Of a stretch of DNA of 64,000 bases, positions 36,161 through 44,498 are shown piece by piece. The DNA lies in IMG/VR virus record IMGVR_UViG_3300034175_000017, positions 17,357-81,356 of that record. One strand, given 5' to 3'. Source of the stretch: a virus. Every line of letters begins with the position of its first letter. The stretch's first letter is position 1. Position numbers and translations under genes: made by a program. Below the pieces are notes generated by a model. The model was not told the DNA's origin. It ran no database searches and saw nothing but the letters and a program-made list of their open reading frames with translations.

Positions 36161-38745
36161 TCCAAAAGGGTTTCAATCTGTGGTTCGTCAAGGGCCTTAC
36201 CCTCATACTCCTTGCCGATCACACCTTCAATAGCCGAAGCCTCGTCCAACTCGATCTGCGTCATCTTAGGATCGGTCTTGGAGAATGGCCGGAAGGTGCG
36301 TCCCATTGCAACGGTGCAGTGGAGCGGCAAGGTCTTCACAATGTCAGGGTGAGTGGTCATAGCCTCACGCAGGACGGGGATGAAGGCAGGCACGTCACGC
36401 TTATTCACGCTGAACACAAGCTCGTCGTGAATAGGCATCATCAAGCGAGCCTTGATGTCAGTTTCGATCAGCTTGGGCTTGAGGTTGAGCAGAGTGCGCT
36501 TGGCCAACGTGGCACAGGTGCCTTGGATTTCTGCGTTCACCACCTGATTGCGAGCACGGCCCTGTATCTTACGGATGGCCTTCTCGGCATAGTTCTGCAT
36601 CCCCGGCGCAGCCGTGATCTGCATGAACTTGTCCTTCATCTGCCTGCCCCACTCGCTCGTCGTCTCGAAACGATTGCGGCGGTGCCCGTCAGGGAGAATG
36701 ACGTAGCCGTGCTCTGCTGCGAACTGGTGCCGCCCGACACGCCACGCTTCCTCGTCAGGGAAACGCTCACGATACTTGTCTACGGCGTCCCAATGCTCTT
36801 TGTCTGACCAACCAAGGTTTGCCGCCACCGTGGAAAGAGCACCCGAATACCAGTAGGAGAAGTTAATCCCCTTTCCGACAGCAGTGCCCCGCGCCCACTT
36901 GTGAAAGTCCGAAGGTGAAAGGGTCTGACCGGACATATCAACGAGCGTTCGATTGTTGGGGTTTCGGCCATACTTGAACTCCTTGAACTCTTCCTCAGTC
37001 AGCCCCGGCAGGGTCTTGACCGACAATCCATCGACTGCTGCGCCCGAGTGCATGTCTCCATAGGGCAACTGCCCATAGACCTTGCGAAATCCCTCGCCGC
37101 CAGACAGTTCACCAATGAGGACCAACTCGATGGCAGACCAGTCAGCGGAAACGACGACGCTATCGTCATCATCAGCAAGATAGAACCCTCGGATATATGC
37201 GGACTCTCCCAACTTGGCGAGTTGCATAGGGTTTGGGAACGACGTGGCAAGTCGTCGCGTGGCAAGCTGTGAGGAAAGGCTAGGATAGACACGGCTGGTA
37301 TCGGGGTCCATAAGTTGAGTGTAGGGCGTCAGATACAGCTTCATGCGCTGGTCAATGTCGGCCATTAGCTGAATGGACTCCATCAAGTCCATCTTCTGCT
37401 GGTCAACCAACTTCAATCTGATCTTACCGCGAGCGTCACCGTCCGACTGCACCTTGCCATGCTCATACACGATAGGCAGGCCAGCCAGATCATACATCAG
37501 CACACGCATAGTCTGCCAGTAGCCGAGGTTCAGCTTGCCAGCAGGCACGGCCATGTTGTTCTCTGCCGCCCATCCATTGCCGACAGGGTTGGCAGTCTGG
37601 AAGCACTGCGTGAAGTCATCGTCGCTGTCATCTGAACGTGCCCACAATTCAATCTGATTGCGCTTCTTCATCCAGTGCGTAGCATACCAATCTTCCTTCT
37701 CCATCAGCTTCTCATTGGGCTTGCCGGGGAAGGGGAGCATGGCCTTGACCTGTGCTTTGAACTTGCGAAGCAGCTTCGCCATTTCCTCGCGCTCAATGTC
37801 ACGACGCTTGAAGACTTCAACAAGGTTAAGTCGAATACCTTCCAACCATGCGTCAGCATAGAGGTAGATCATCGGGTTCTCGGTCAACAAGAACGCCTTG
37901 AGCGCAGCCGGATTAGTCTTGAGCATGTCGTTGAACATGCGACGGAAGTGTAGCACCGCCCAATAGGCATCGTCGGCACCGTAGGCCACGACTTGCTCAC
38001 CAGTAAGCTCGCCCATGTGGTTCGCGCCGTTCTCTTTCAGCACTTCGTCATAGGTCTTCTGCTTCACACCGTAGGCGCTGAACGTCAGCTTCTTAAGTGA
38101 GTAGCCGTAAGCAATACTGTCAACGAATCCGTTGTAGTTGTGAGCAGACTTACTCTCTTTGGCTGTAAACTTTCCAAGGAGTTCTTGCTGCTTGGCGTTC
38201 GGGCTGGCCCCACGCTCATAACTAGCCCATTCCGTGACGATAGGTGCTGCGAGCGTCTTGGAGAAAGCGTAGGGGAGCGGCGTTTGCGCGAACGTGGTGA
38301 GGTCATATTCGTCAGGTCCATGATGGGACACCGCCATCTGCATGGTGCAGATCACGTTGTCGAGTTGAACACCCAAGCACTGGTTGAACATCACCAGTTC
38401 AAAGGGAGCGTTATGAGCGATGCACAAGGCATCCTTGCTTGCTGCTTCCAGCACCTCAAGCGCCACGCTCTGCTGCAAGCGGTTCGCTTCGTCAGCGTGA
38501 GCGAGGTTGAAATAGTATGCGGTGTCGCTGCCCTCGACGTAGGTCGAGAAGCCGGTCATCACAGTGCGGCGGTGGTCAAAGACGTGCCGCTTCTTGTTGT
38601 TATAGATTTCGAGACCCGGATGCCGGTTCTCGTCCTGCGTCTCGCAGTCAAGGCCATACACCTCGCACGTTGCAAGCTCTGCCTTAATGGCGTCGAGCGT
38701 CTCACGCGGGGTATTGGCGTCAACGAGGACTGACTTGATGCTCAT
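36145..38745 (-). CDS. polA: DNA polymerase family A with 3'-5' exonuclease domain
   Basis: GLDCET, AHNAPFE, YGADD exo motifs; ADWSAIE (A), KGINFSYWY (B), IHDEL (C). Confidence 0.93.
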   Translation of the reverse strand: MSIKSVLVDANTPRETLDAIKAELATCEVYGLDCETQDENRHPGLEIYNNKKRHVFDHRRTVMTGFSTYVEGSDTAYYFNLAHADEANRLQQSVALEVLEAASKDALCIAHNAPFELVMFNQCLGVQLDNVICTMQMAVSHHGPDEYDLTTFAQTPLPYAFSKTLAAPIVTEWASYERGASPNAKQQELLGKFTAKESKSAHNYNGFVDSIAYGYSLKKLTFSAYGVKQKTYDEVLKENGANHMGELTGEQVVAYGADDAYWAVLHFRRMFNDMLKTNPAALKAFLLTENPMIYLYADAWLEGIRLNLVEVFKRRDIEREEMAKLLRKFKAQVKAMLPFPGKPNEKLMEKEDWYATHWMKKRNQIELWARSDDSDDDFTQCFQTANPVGNGWAAENNMAVPAGKLNLGYWQTMRVLMYDLAGLPIVYEHGKVQSDGDARGKIRLKLVDQQKMDLMESIQLMADIDQRMKLYLTPYTQLMDPDTSRVYPSLSSQLATRRLATSFPNPMQLAKLGESAYIRGFYLADDDDSVVVSADWSAIELVLIGELSGGEGFRKVYGQLPYGDMHSGAAVDGLSVKTLPGLTEEEFKEFKYGRNPNNRTLVDMSGQTLSPSDFHKWARGTAVGKGINFSYWYSGALSTVAANLGWSDKEHWDAVDKYRERFPDEEAWRVGRHQFAAEHGYVILPDGHRRNRFETTSEWGRQMKDKFMQITAAPGMQNYAEKAIRKIQGRARNQVVNAEIQGTCATLAKRTLLNLKPKLIETDIKARLMMPIHDELVFSVNKRDVPAFIPVLREAMTTHPDIVKTLPLHCTVAMGRTFRPFSKTDPKMTQIELDEASAIEGVIGKEYEGKALDEPQIETLLDWMFT

Positions 38746-38882
38746 TTCGGGTTCCATTTCGGTAAGCTCTTGCCCTTGAGGGCAGCGTAGTCAGAGCAGG
38801 TAGGGGAGACACAGAGCACTCTGCTGCCTTCGACCACGCGAAGGTGCCGAGGGTGTAGGTAGTCGGTGTGCGTAGCCTTCAC
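38742..38882 (-). CDS. Small ORF (46 aa) not in the ORF track
   Basis: GTGA and ATGA coupled to both neighbours; MKATHTDYLHPRHLRVV... Confidence 0.5.
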   Translation of the reverse strand: MKATHTDYLHPRHLRVVEGSRVLCVSPTCSDYAALKGKSLPKWNPK

Positions 38883-39100
38883 GTCCGCACCCATTGATCG
38901 TTAAGATGCGCTGGCTTGCCGGGGATAGTTTCATGCCGGATGCGACCGGCCTCGCGCTCACGCTGTAGCAGGCTGTTGGTAGCGTTCTCAAGGTCGTCAA
39001 TGGGCACGTTGGCACGCTGCAAGGCACGCCGAATGTCAGCGTGGGTGAAGGTGCCTGTTGCCATGAGAGACAGGGCTGCTCGCTCTTGTGCTGGTGTCAT
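38879..39100 (-). CDS. Small winged-helix-like hypothetical protein
   Basis: ATGA coupling; LLQREREAGRI. Confidence 0.55.
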   Translation of the reverse strand: MTPAQERAALSLMATGTFTHADIRRALQRANVPIDDLENATNSLLQREREAGRIRHETIPGKPAHLNDQWVRT

Positions 39101-39462
39101 TGTGGTAACGCCGATCCTGTTGGCTTCGCGGCCTGCTTGGCACGAATCTTCTGCATGATAAGTGGGTTAGAGATACGCTTCATTTCGGTGTTAGCAGCAC
39201 CATTAAGATTGATATTGTTGGCGTTGCACAGAGCAGCAAGAGTAATCATCACACCGCCTACCTCTTGCACAGGATTTCCAGTAGGACGATCAAACACATA
39301 GTCCACCAGTGCATGAGCACGCTCACGCGTGAACTCTGGCGTGGTCTGTGCCAGTTCCAACGCCTCTTCGGTAAAGCGGTCAGCACGTTCTAGCGTGTCA
39401 CTACTAATAGCTCGACCAAAACAAATGTCTGTCCATGCTTTCACTCGGGTCTGTAAGGTCAT
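39097..39462 (-). CDS. MazG-like NTP pyrophosphohydrolase
   Basis: RFTEEALELAQ ... QEVGGVMITL. Confidence 0.65.
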   Translation of the reverse strand: MTLQTRVKAWTDICFGRAISSDTLERADRFTEEALELAQTTPEFTRERAHALVDYVFDRPTGNPVQEVGGVMITLAALCNANNINLNGAANTEMKRISNPLIMQKIRAKQAAKPTGSALPQ

Positions 39463-40241
39463 AGAAAGAACTCCGTCAATCGTTGGTGTGCGGCCATTCG
39501 GTTAAGCTCGCCATTCTTAATGCCGCCCTCAAGCTCATCGTCTGGCACGTCCTCAAAGTAGGTGACAGTCAGCATGGCTTGGAGCAGGTTCACGTTCTCT
39601 TGGTCTTGGAGCCAAGCGATAACTCCGGGCTTGAAGGGTAGCCCAACAAACCCCGCAGGATTTCCTTGGGCAATGGCCCGCTCGATCTGCGCCCAATGAT
39701 CTTCCATCGCCTCCCACCGCTTGTGTCCGAAGTTGGGGATGCCTTTAATGTTGTCGCTGGTGTCACCGTTCATCGCCTTGTAGAGAGGAACCCACCGCGC
39801 TGGCACGCCCTTGGTGTTGACACCAACGAGGGTGACACCCGGTAGGTGCGCGAGTTGCGCGTAGTCCATATCATTAGAGTGTATATTGACGGGAACGCCC
39901 TTACTGGAAAGTCGTCGGGTGAGTGTGCTGATAACATCATCTGCTTCCCATCCATAGACTTCGACCTGTGTTGCGGTGGACATGGTGAGTATCTCTTTCC
40001 AGAGCTTCACCTGTGCGAATACGTCCATAGCCGCAGGCTCGCGGTTGGTCTTGTAGAGCGGGTAGATCGCCTGACGGCGCTCGTTGTGCTTATACCCATC
40101 CCACACCCAAATCTCGGTGCCTTTAGGCTTGGCAATGGTGGCCTCGTAGCGTTGGCGAAGCGTCATTGGTGAGGCTGGCCCCACCTGCTGCTTCTCCATT
40201 GCCCGACGCATGACGTTGTTGCCGTCATAAAGGTTAATCAT
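39459..40241 (-). CDS. 5'-3' exonuclease / flap endonuclease
   Basis: YDGNN, VWDG, YKTNR, EADDVI, SNDMD, GDTSDNIKGIP. Confidence 0.92.
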   Translation of the reverse strand: MINLYDGNNVMRRAMEKQQVGPASPMTLRQRYEATIAKPKGTEIWVWDGYKHNERRQAIYPLYKTNREPAAMDVFAQVKLWKEILTMSTATQVEVYGWEADDVISTLTRRLSSKGVPVNIHSNDMDYAQLAHLPGVTLVGVNTKGVPARWVPLYKAMNGDTSDNIKGIPNFGHKRWEAMEDHWAQIERAIAQGNPAGFVGLPFKPGVIAWLQDQENVNLLQAMLTVTYFEDVPDDELEGGIKNGELNRMAAHQRLTEFFL

Positions 40242-40404
40242 CGGTCTTCTCCGCATCTTCCACCACTTCACGTTGCATGACGATACGATGGCTAGGCTGT
40301 GGAGAGTTAGCGAGGGTCGCCACTACCTGATAACCCTCACGACCAAGCTCGTTGAGAGCACGTTCGGTAGGAGACTGCACGATCTTAAACTCGAACCAAG
40401 GCAT
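40234..40404 (-). CDS. DUF4177-like small protein
   Basis: FEFKIV..LNELGREGYQVV..MQRE. Confidence 0.6.
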   Translation of the reverse strand: MPWFEFKIVQSPTERALNELGREGYQVVATLANSPQPSHRIVMQREVVEDAEKTDD

Positions 40405-40417
40405 AGGTCTCTCCAAG

Positions 40418-40450
40418 AAAAAAAGGGGAGGGAGTTGCCCCCCTCCCCTT
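40418..40450 (-). terminator. Intrinsic terminator
   Basis: GC hairpin followed by T7 on the minus strand. Confidence 0.8.
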
Positions 40451-40472
40451 CAAGGACGTAAGGGATTGAACC

Positions 40473-41129
40473 TTACGAAGTTGCTTCACCGATCAGGACG
40501 AACTCAACGACGCCCCACTCGTTGCCCTTGGAATTGACCTGACCCTTGTGGCGGATGGTCACATCCACGGTCGAGTTCTGCAAGCCCTTCTTGCGAAGCT
40601 CGTTGTAGAACTTCGTCCAGAACTTCACGCCGGTAATCGCCGGGGTGATGCCGATGCGCTGGCCCTCGGAGACGCCGCCTGCATCTGCAAGCAACTCGGC
40701 AGGGATTTCGACAGTCTGATAAGGACCGTCCACCTTGTCGTTCTGAGCGCGAAGCTGAGCAGTGGCCTGCTCAAAGTTCTGACCCTGCGAGGTCATGCGT
40801 CCGTCATACGACTTGATGAAAGTCGTCTGGCCTGCCCGGTTGGCACGAACCGACAAGATCGGCTGCACTTCGGAAAGGTCGATACGGACGGTAGCCTCCG
40901 TGAACATCTTCGCCTTGGCATCGCCAAGACGGAAGCCGCTGTCCTTGACGGTCAGGTATTCATCAACCTGAATGCCTGCGCTGTCAGCGATGCTGTCGAG
41001 CGTGGGCCGCGAGGACTCGTTGGAAACGGCGGGAACATTGGAGGGGGTCTGAAGCGCGGGAGCCTGAAAGTTAGCCGAAGCGTCTTCGGCCTGTGACATG
41101 ACGCGCTCAAGTGCAGAGGGATTAGCCAT
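40473..41129 (-). CDS. Putative single-stranded DNA-binding protein
   Basis: Own promoter and terminator, in replication cluster; fold inferred. Confidence 0.55.
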   Translation of the reverse strand: MANPSALERVMSQAEDASANFQAPALQTPSNVPAVSNESSRPTLDSIADSAGIQVDEYLTVKDSGFRLGDAKAKMFTEATVRIDLSEVQPILSVRANRAGQTTFIKSYDGRMTSQGQNFEQATAQLRAQNDKVDGPYQTVEIPAELLADAGGVSEGQRIGITPAITGVKFWTKFYNELRKKGLQNSTVDVTIRHKGQVNSKGNEWGVVEFVLIGEATS

Positions 41130-41180
41130 TCTGTTTTCCTATCAAGTTTGTTGTTGGTATCGGTATCGGGTAGAAGCCTG

Positions 41181-41209
41181 TATTTAGGCCGAGGTGTCTG
41201 AGTTAGCAA
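41181..41209 (-). promoter_or_regulatory. Sigma70-like promoter
   Basis: TTGCTA-N17-TAAATA in intergenic DNA. Confidence 0.5.
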
Positions 41210-41239
41210 GCCCTCCTGTTGAATGTTACCGGGTATTAG

Positions 41240-41389
41240 TTACCCGCCGACCATCAGATTGCACTGACAAGGGCCTTCTTCGCACACCTTGCACGACACT
41301 GGCTTGCTCAAACAGGTGCCGATGGTGCTGGCCTTGAAGCCACGCGTGCCGGTGCCTCGACAGTGAGGACAGTTCTTATCGCCTTTCAC
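41240..41389 (-). CDS. Small Cys-rich zinc-finger protein
   Basis: CPHCRGTG, CKVC, CQC. Confidence 0.55.
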   Translation of the reverse strand: MKGDKNCPHCRGTGTRGFKASTIGTCLSKPVSCKVCEEGPCQCNLMVGG

Positions 41390-41900
41390 GGAGAATCCTT
41401 TCTTCTGTAAGCAGTTGGTTCCAAACGTGACCACGCAAGGGTGCGTAACCATCACCCATCACAGCCAGTTGCAGCCGCTTCTCTGGCAGATACACAGCAG
41501 CGAACTTGGGATCATCCGTCGCTAGGTTCGTGATGTTATCCAGAATATCAGCATACTTGATGTTCTGTGCCTGCGGCGTGATGATGGCCAGCTTATCTCG
41601 CTGATACTTGGCACGCTGTGTGCGGTTCAAAGCAGGCTGCTTGGCATTGGTGACTTGCAACACCAGCGTAGATACCTGTGGTCCGAACCGACGCTGAATA
41701 TCGAAGATGTCGTAGGGCGTATCTTCAACCACGTCATGCAGCGCACCGGCTACGAGCGTCGTCAGGTCCACACCACGAACCATCGTGGCAAGTGTATGCA
41801 CCACAGCGCGTGGATGCACGCTGTAGGGCTTGCCAGACAGCTTTCGTATCTGTCCAGCGTGTGCCTGCTCCATGAATTGAATTGCATCGCGTAGGATCAT
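41376..41900 (-). CDS. Small alarmone hydrolase (Mesh1/SpoT-type HD domain)
   Basis: AHAGQIRK..G.PYSVHP, LHDVVEDT, KYADILDN. Confidence 0.88.
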   Translation of the reverse strand: MILRDAIQFMEQAHAGQIRKLSGKPYSVHPRAVVHTLATMVRGVDLTTLVAGALHDVVEDTPYDIFDIQRRFGPQVSTLVLQVTNAKQPALNRTQRAKYQRDKLAIITPQAQNIKYADILDNITNLATDDPKFAAVYLPEKRLQLAVMGDGYAPLRGHVWNQLLTEERILRERR

Positions 41901-42475
41901 AGTTGTCCTCCTAGTTCGGTGGGGAAGAGGTCCGAGAAACGAGCACGGAACTCATGATAGGCGCGACCGGGGTCCCAACTGCCAAGATCGACGTAAGCGA
42001 TATATTGATCGAACTCGACGCCGTTCAGAATGGCATGCTCTTCGGGGTTCTGGCCGCGAAGATACTTCATTTCGAGGCCGAGCATCACCCGGTCAACAAA
42101 ATGCACCTGCTCCGACAGCGGGTAGACGAACTTGAAGCGGTCGGCCATCGCGGTCTCGATCTTCACTTCCAAGGTCTTGAAGAGAGGAACTGCAACCTTG
42201 AGCGGCGTCACAATGTCGTTCGTGAATGCCTCTGCGGTGTCGTGCATCAGCGCCGAGTAGCTCTGAGTAGGATCAATCGCATCCATGATGAGCGAGGCAT
42301 TCACGGCGTGCTGTGCAACCGAATAGAAGTGTGGTAGCTGCCCTGCAAAGCGGCAGATGTTCGCTAGTGGGCGAGCAATGTCGTCCAGACCGACGATAGC
42401 TAGTTCAGGCTGCTCGTATGAGAAGCGTTGGCCGCTCAAGAGCGTGATGCCGTCAGTAAGTTGAAGCTGTTCCAT
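41897..42475 (-). CDS. HD-domain 5'-deoxynucleotidase (YfbR-like)
   Basis: CRFAG..YSVAQH, LMHDTAEAFTNDIVTPLK. Confidence 0.85.
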   Translation of the reverse strand: MEQLQLTDGITLLSGQRFSYEQPELAIVGLDDIARPLANICRFAGQLPHFYSVAQHAVNASLIMDAIDPTQSYSALMHDTAEAFTNDIVTPLKVAVPLFKTLEVKIETAMADRFKFVYPLSEQVHFVDRVMLGLEMKYLRGQNPEEHAILNGVEFDQYIAYVDLGSWDPGRAYHEFRARFSDLFPTELGGQL

Positions 42476-42497
42476 AGGTTGTCTCCGTTTTGAGGGC

Positions 42498-42527
42498 AAA
42501 AAGATAGGGGCCACTCGGCCCCTATCT
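42498..42527 (-). terminator. Intrinsic terminator
   Basis: agataggggcc/ggcccctatct stem plus T-tract on the minus strand. Confidence 0.75.
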
Positions 42528-42547
42528 CTCTAACAATGTGCTACGGC

Positions 42548-43045
42548 TTAGAACCTAAGTCCGAGGCCGACGAGTGCTTCATGACGGCCAGCGTTGCGCT
42601 GGAAGTCACTGTATCGGTATTCAATCTTGGAATACAAGCCCCGACCGCTTGCAATTTCAGCACCGCCGCCGACGCGCAGCCCTTCAAGGGTGCGGAAGTC
42701 ATTGGGTGAGCGAACGTCACGCAGTGGGCGCAGCGAGGCATAACCTGCCGTGCCGTAGAGCAACAAGTTGTCCGAAGCAGCGACACCCAAGCGCACAGCG
42801 GCACCCAAGTCCTTGCGGTCGAACACGTTGTTGGCATTGACCTCGGCACCTACCGTCAGGCGATCACCGAGAGGCAAATCAACGCCAGCATTGGCACCGT
42901 AGTTGATCGTGCTGTCGCGGAAGCGGTTCAGATCATCCAGACCAGCCGTCACGTCGATGCGAGGGCCGGTGAAGTTGCTGTTTGGTGCGGCAACGGCAGG
43001 AGTGGCAGCAAAGAGGGCTGCAAGAACGAGAAAAAATGACTTCAT
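42548..43045 (-). CDS. Small outer-membrane beta-barrel protein
   Basis: Signal peptide (..TPAVA), amphipathic strands, EYRYSDF, C-terminal Phe (GLGLRF). Confidence 0.88.
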   Translation of the reverse strand: MKSFFLVLAALFAATPAVAAPNSNFTGPRIDVTAGLDDLNRFRDSTINYGANAGVDLPLGDRLTVGAEVNANNVFDRKDLGAAVRLGVAASDNLLLYGTAGYASLRPLRDVRSPNDFRTLEGLRVGGGAEIASGRGLYSKIEYRYSDFQRNAGRHEALVGLGLRF

Positions 43046-43046
43046 G

Positions 43047-43391
43047 TTATTGTTCCTTTCCAATGGCTTGTTCGATTGTCCGTATCACAACTTCATCAGC
43101 GATACGGTAGCACAGAACAGCAAGCTGTTCATAATACACACACGTCATGTCCACGATTTGGGTCATTTGTGTGCGCGTTGCGATGAAACGCACAGGTATT
43201 GTGCGATCCTTGTATAGGTCGCCGGTCTTGGGATCAACCCATTGACCGACAGCCGGTTTCATGATGGTTAAACCACCTGAAATGTTTCTGACCTTTTCGT
43301 CCCATATCCGGTGATACCGAAGGTAAAAGGGACGACCGTCATTGCGTGTCGTGGGGACCAGTATCTCCCACAGGTAGGTGGGGTCATCCAC
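43047..43391 (-). CDS. Hypothetical protein (possible PII/ferredoxin-like fold)
   Basis: GGLTI...GQW, YEQLAV pattern. Confidence 0.6.
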   Translation of the reverse strand: MDDPTYLWEILVPTTRNDGRPFYLRYHRIWDEKVRNISGGLTIMKPAVGQWVDPKTGDLYKDRTIPVRFIATRTQMTQIVDMTCVYYEQLAVLCYRIADEVVIRTIEQAIGKEQ

Positions 43392-43623
43392 GGCGGCGCT
43401 TCGCAGCCTGCTTCTTGTCAACGACATTGAGGATGCCAGCGACACCGAAGAAGGCTCCTGCAATGCCCAAGAGAATGACGACAGGACCGTAGAGCGGCAG
43501 CAACACTAGCCACCACGACCAATCAATCTTGCCGAGTAGCTTGAGGGTGACAAAGACGATGGTCAGCAGGCCAAGAAAGCCGATGCCGCCGCTCGATGCT
43601 GATGAGGTGGTAGGTGTGGTCAT
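43384..43623 (-). CDS. Small phage membrane protein
   Basis: GIGFLGLLTIVFVTLKLLGKIDWSWWLVLLP, a pattern common in phages. Confidence 0.75.
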   Translation of the reverse strand: MTTPTTSSASSGGIGFLGLLTIVFVTLKLLGKIDWSWWLVLLPLYGPVVILLGIAGAFFGVAGILNVVDKKQAAKRRRG

Positions 43624-44255
43624 TATTTTGTTTCCTTTCGTGATTGATTTTCGGCCCACTTGCCCTGCTCGTCGTAGTCGAAGGTGCGCTTGAACAGCGT
43701 CTTCGACGGACCATGATACATGACGATGCCCTCAGGGTTCATGAAGCCGGGGACCAGCTTGGACCCGGCGAGGCTAAGGTCGATCAGAGCGTTGTCGAAC
43801 ACGCCAGCGTGTGACAGGTAGCCCTCGAACAGGACAGGCACCACGTCCACGCGGTCAGGCAGTTCAACGCCACGCCAGCGAGGATTGAAGAGGGCAAAAC
43901 GCTTCTCGGTCAGACCGTAGTTGCGCTGGATGCCTGCACCATACCACTCACCGAAGTGACGACCGGCACCGAGTGTCTCGACAAAGCCTCGCGCATTGTC
44001 AGCAACGAAACGAGCGAAGCCAGCATGATCGCCGGTCTTGCTGGTATCGAGCAGACGATTGCGGCTTCCGGCGAACACCGAATAGACCACATTTTCGTGC
44101 ATAAGCACTGCTACAGCAGGCCCATACTTGATGTTAGGGGACATCGTGTCTTCAGGGACGATGTTGATCTGTGCGTTGCTGCCGTCGATCTTCTCGCTGA
44201 TCGTCCAATCGTGGCTGAAGCGGGTTAGCTTGGGGAATGGTTCAAAGGCGCTCAT
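43623..44255 (-). CDS. RNA ligase (Rnl2-like adenylyltransferase domain only)
   Basis: EKIDGSN motif I, GSRNR, GEWYG, FALFN, PEGIV. Confidence 0.8.
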   Translation of the reverse strand: MSAFEPFPKLTRFSHDWTISEKIDGSNAQINIVPEDTMSPNIKYGPAVAVLMHENVVYSVFAGSRNRLLDTSKTGDHAGFARFVADNARGFVETLGAGRHFGEWYGAGIQRNYGLTEKRFALFNPRWRGVELPDRVDVVPVLFEGYLSHAGVFDNALIDLSLAGSKLVPGFMNPEGIVMYHGPSKTLFKRTFDYDEQGKWAENQSRKETK

Positions 44256-44425
44256 TGGATTTGATCCTCAGGTGTAAGTGAATGTTGAATCTCAAGGTAG
44301 AGGCGTTGCACTTCCAGTGCGGCCATTCCTACCTCACGCTCAGCGTCTTGCTGACGCTGGTATGCCTGTCCTTGCTCGAATGCGATGCCTAGCATCTCCT
44401 GTATCTTGTTGAAAACTTCTTCCAT
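44252..44425 (-). CDS. Hypothetical protein
   Basis: RBS GGAG, ATGA-coupled to the ligase gene. Confidence 0.55.
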   Translation of the reverse strand: MEEVFNKIQEMLGIAFEQGQAYQRQQDAEREVGMAALEVQRLYLEIQHSLTPEDQIQ

Positions 44426-44434
44426 GTTCACTCC

Positions 44435-44472
44435 AAACAAAGAGGCCCACCTACATGGGGTAGGTGGGCCTC
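44435..44472 (-). terminator. Intrinsic terminator after the GH5 gene
   Basis: gaggcccacctac stem plus tttgttt on the minus strand. Confidence 0.8.
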
Positions 44473-44498
44473 AAATGCACTAATAATGTGAGATGTTA

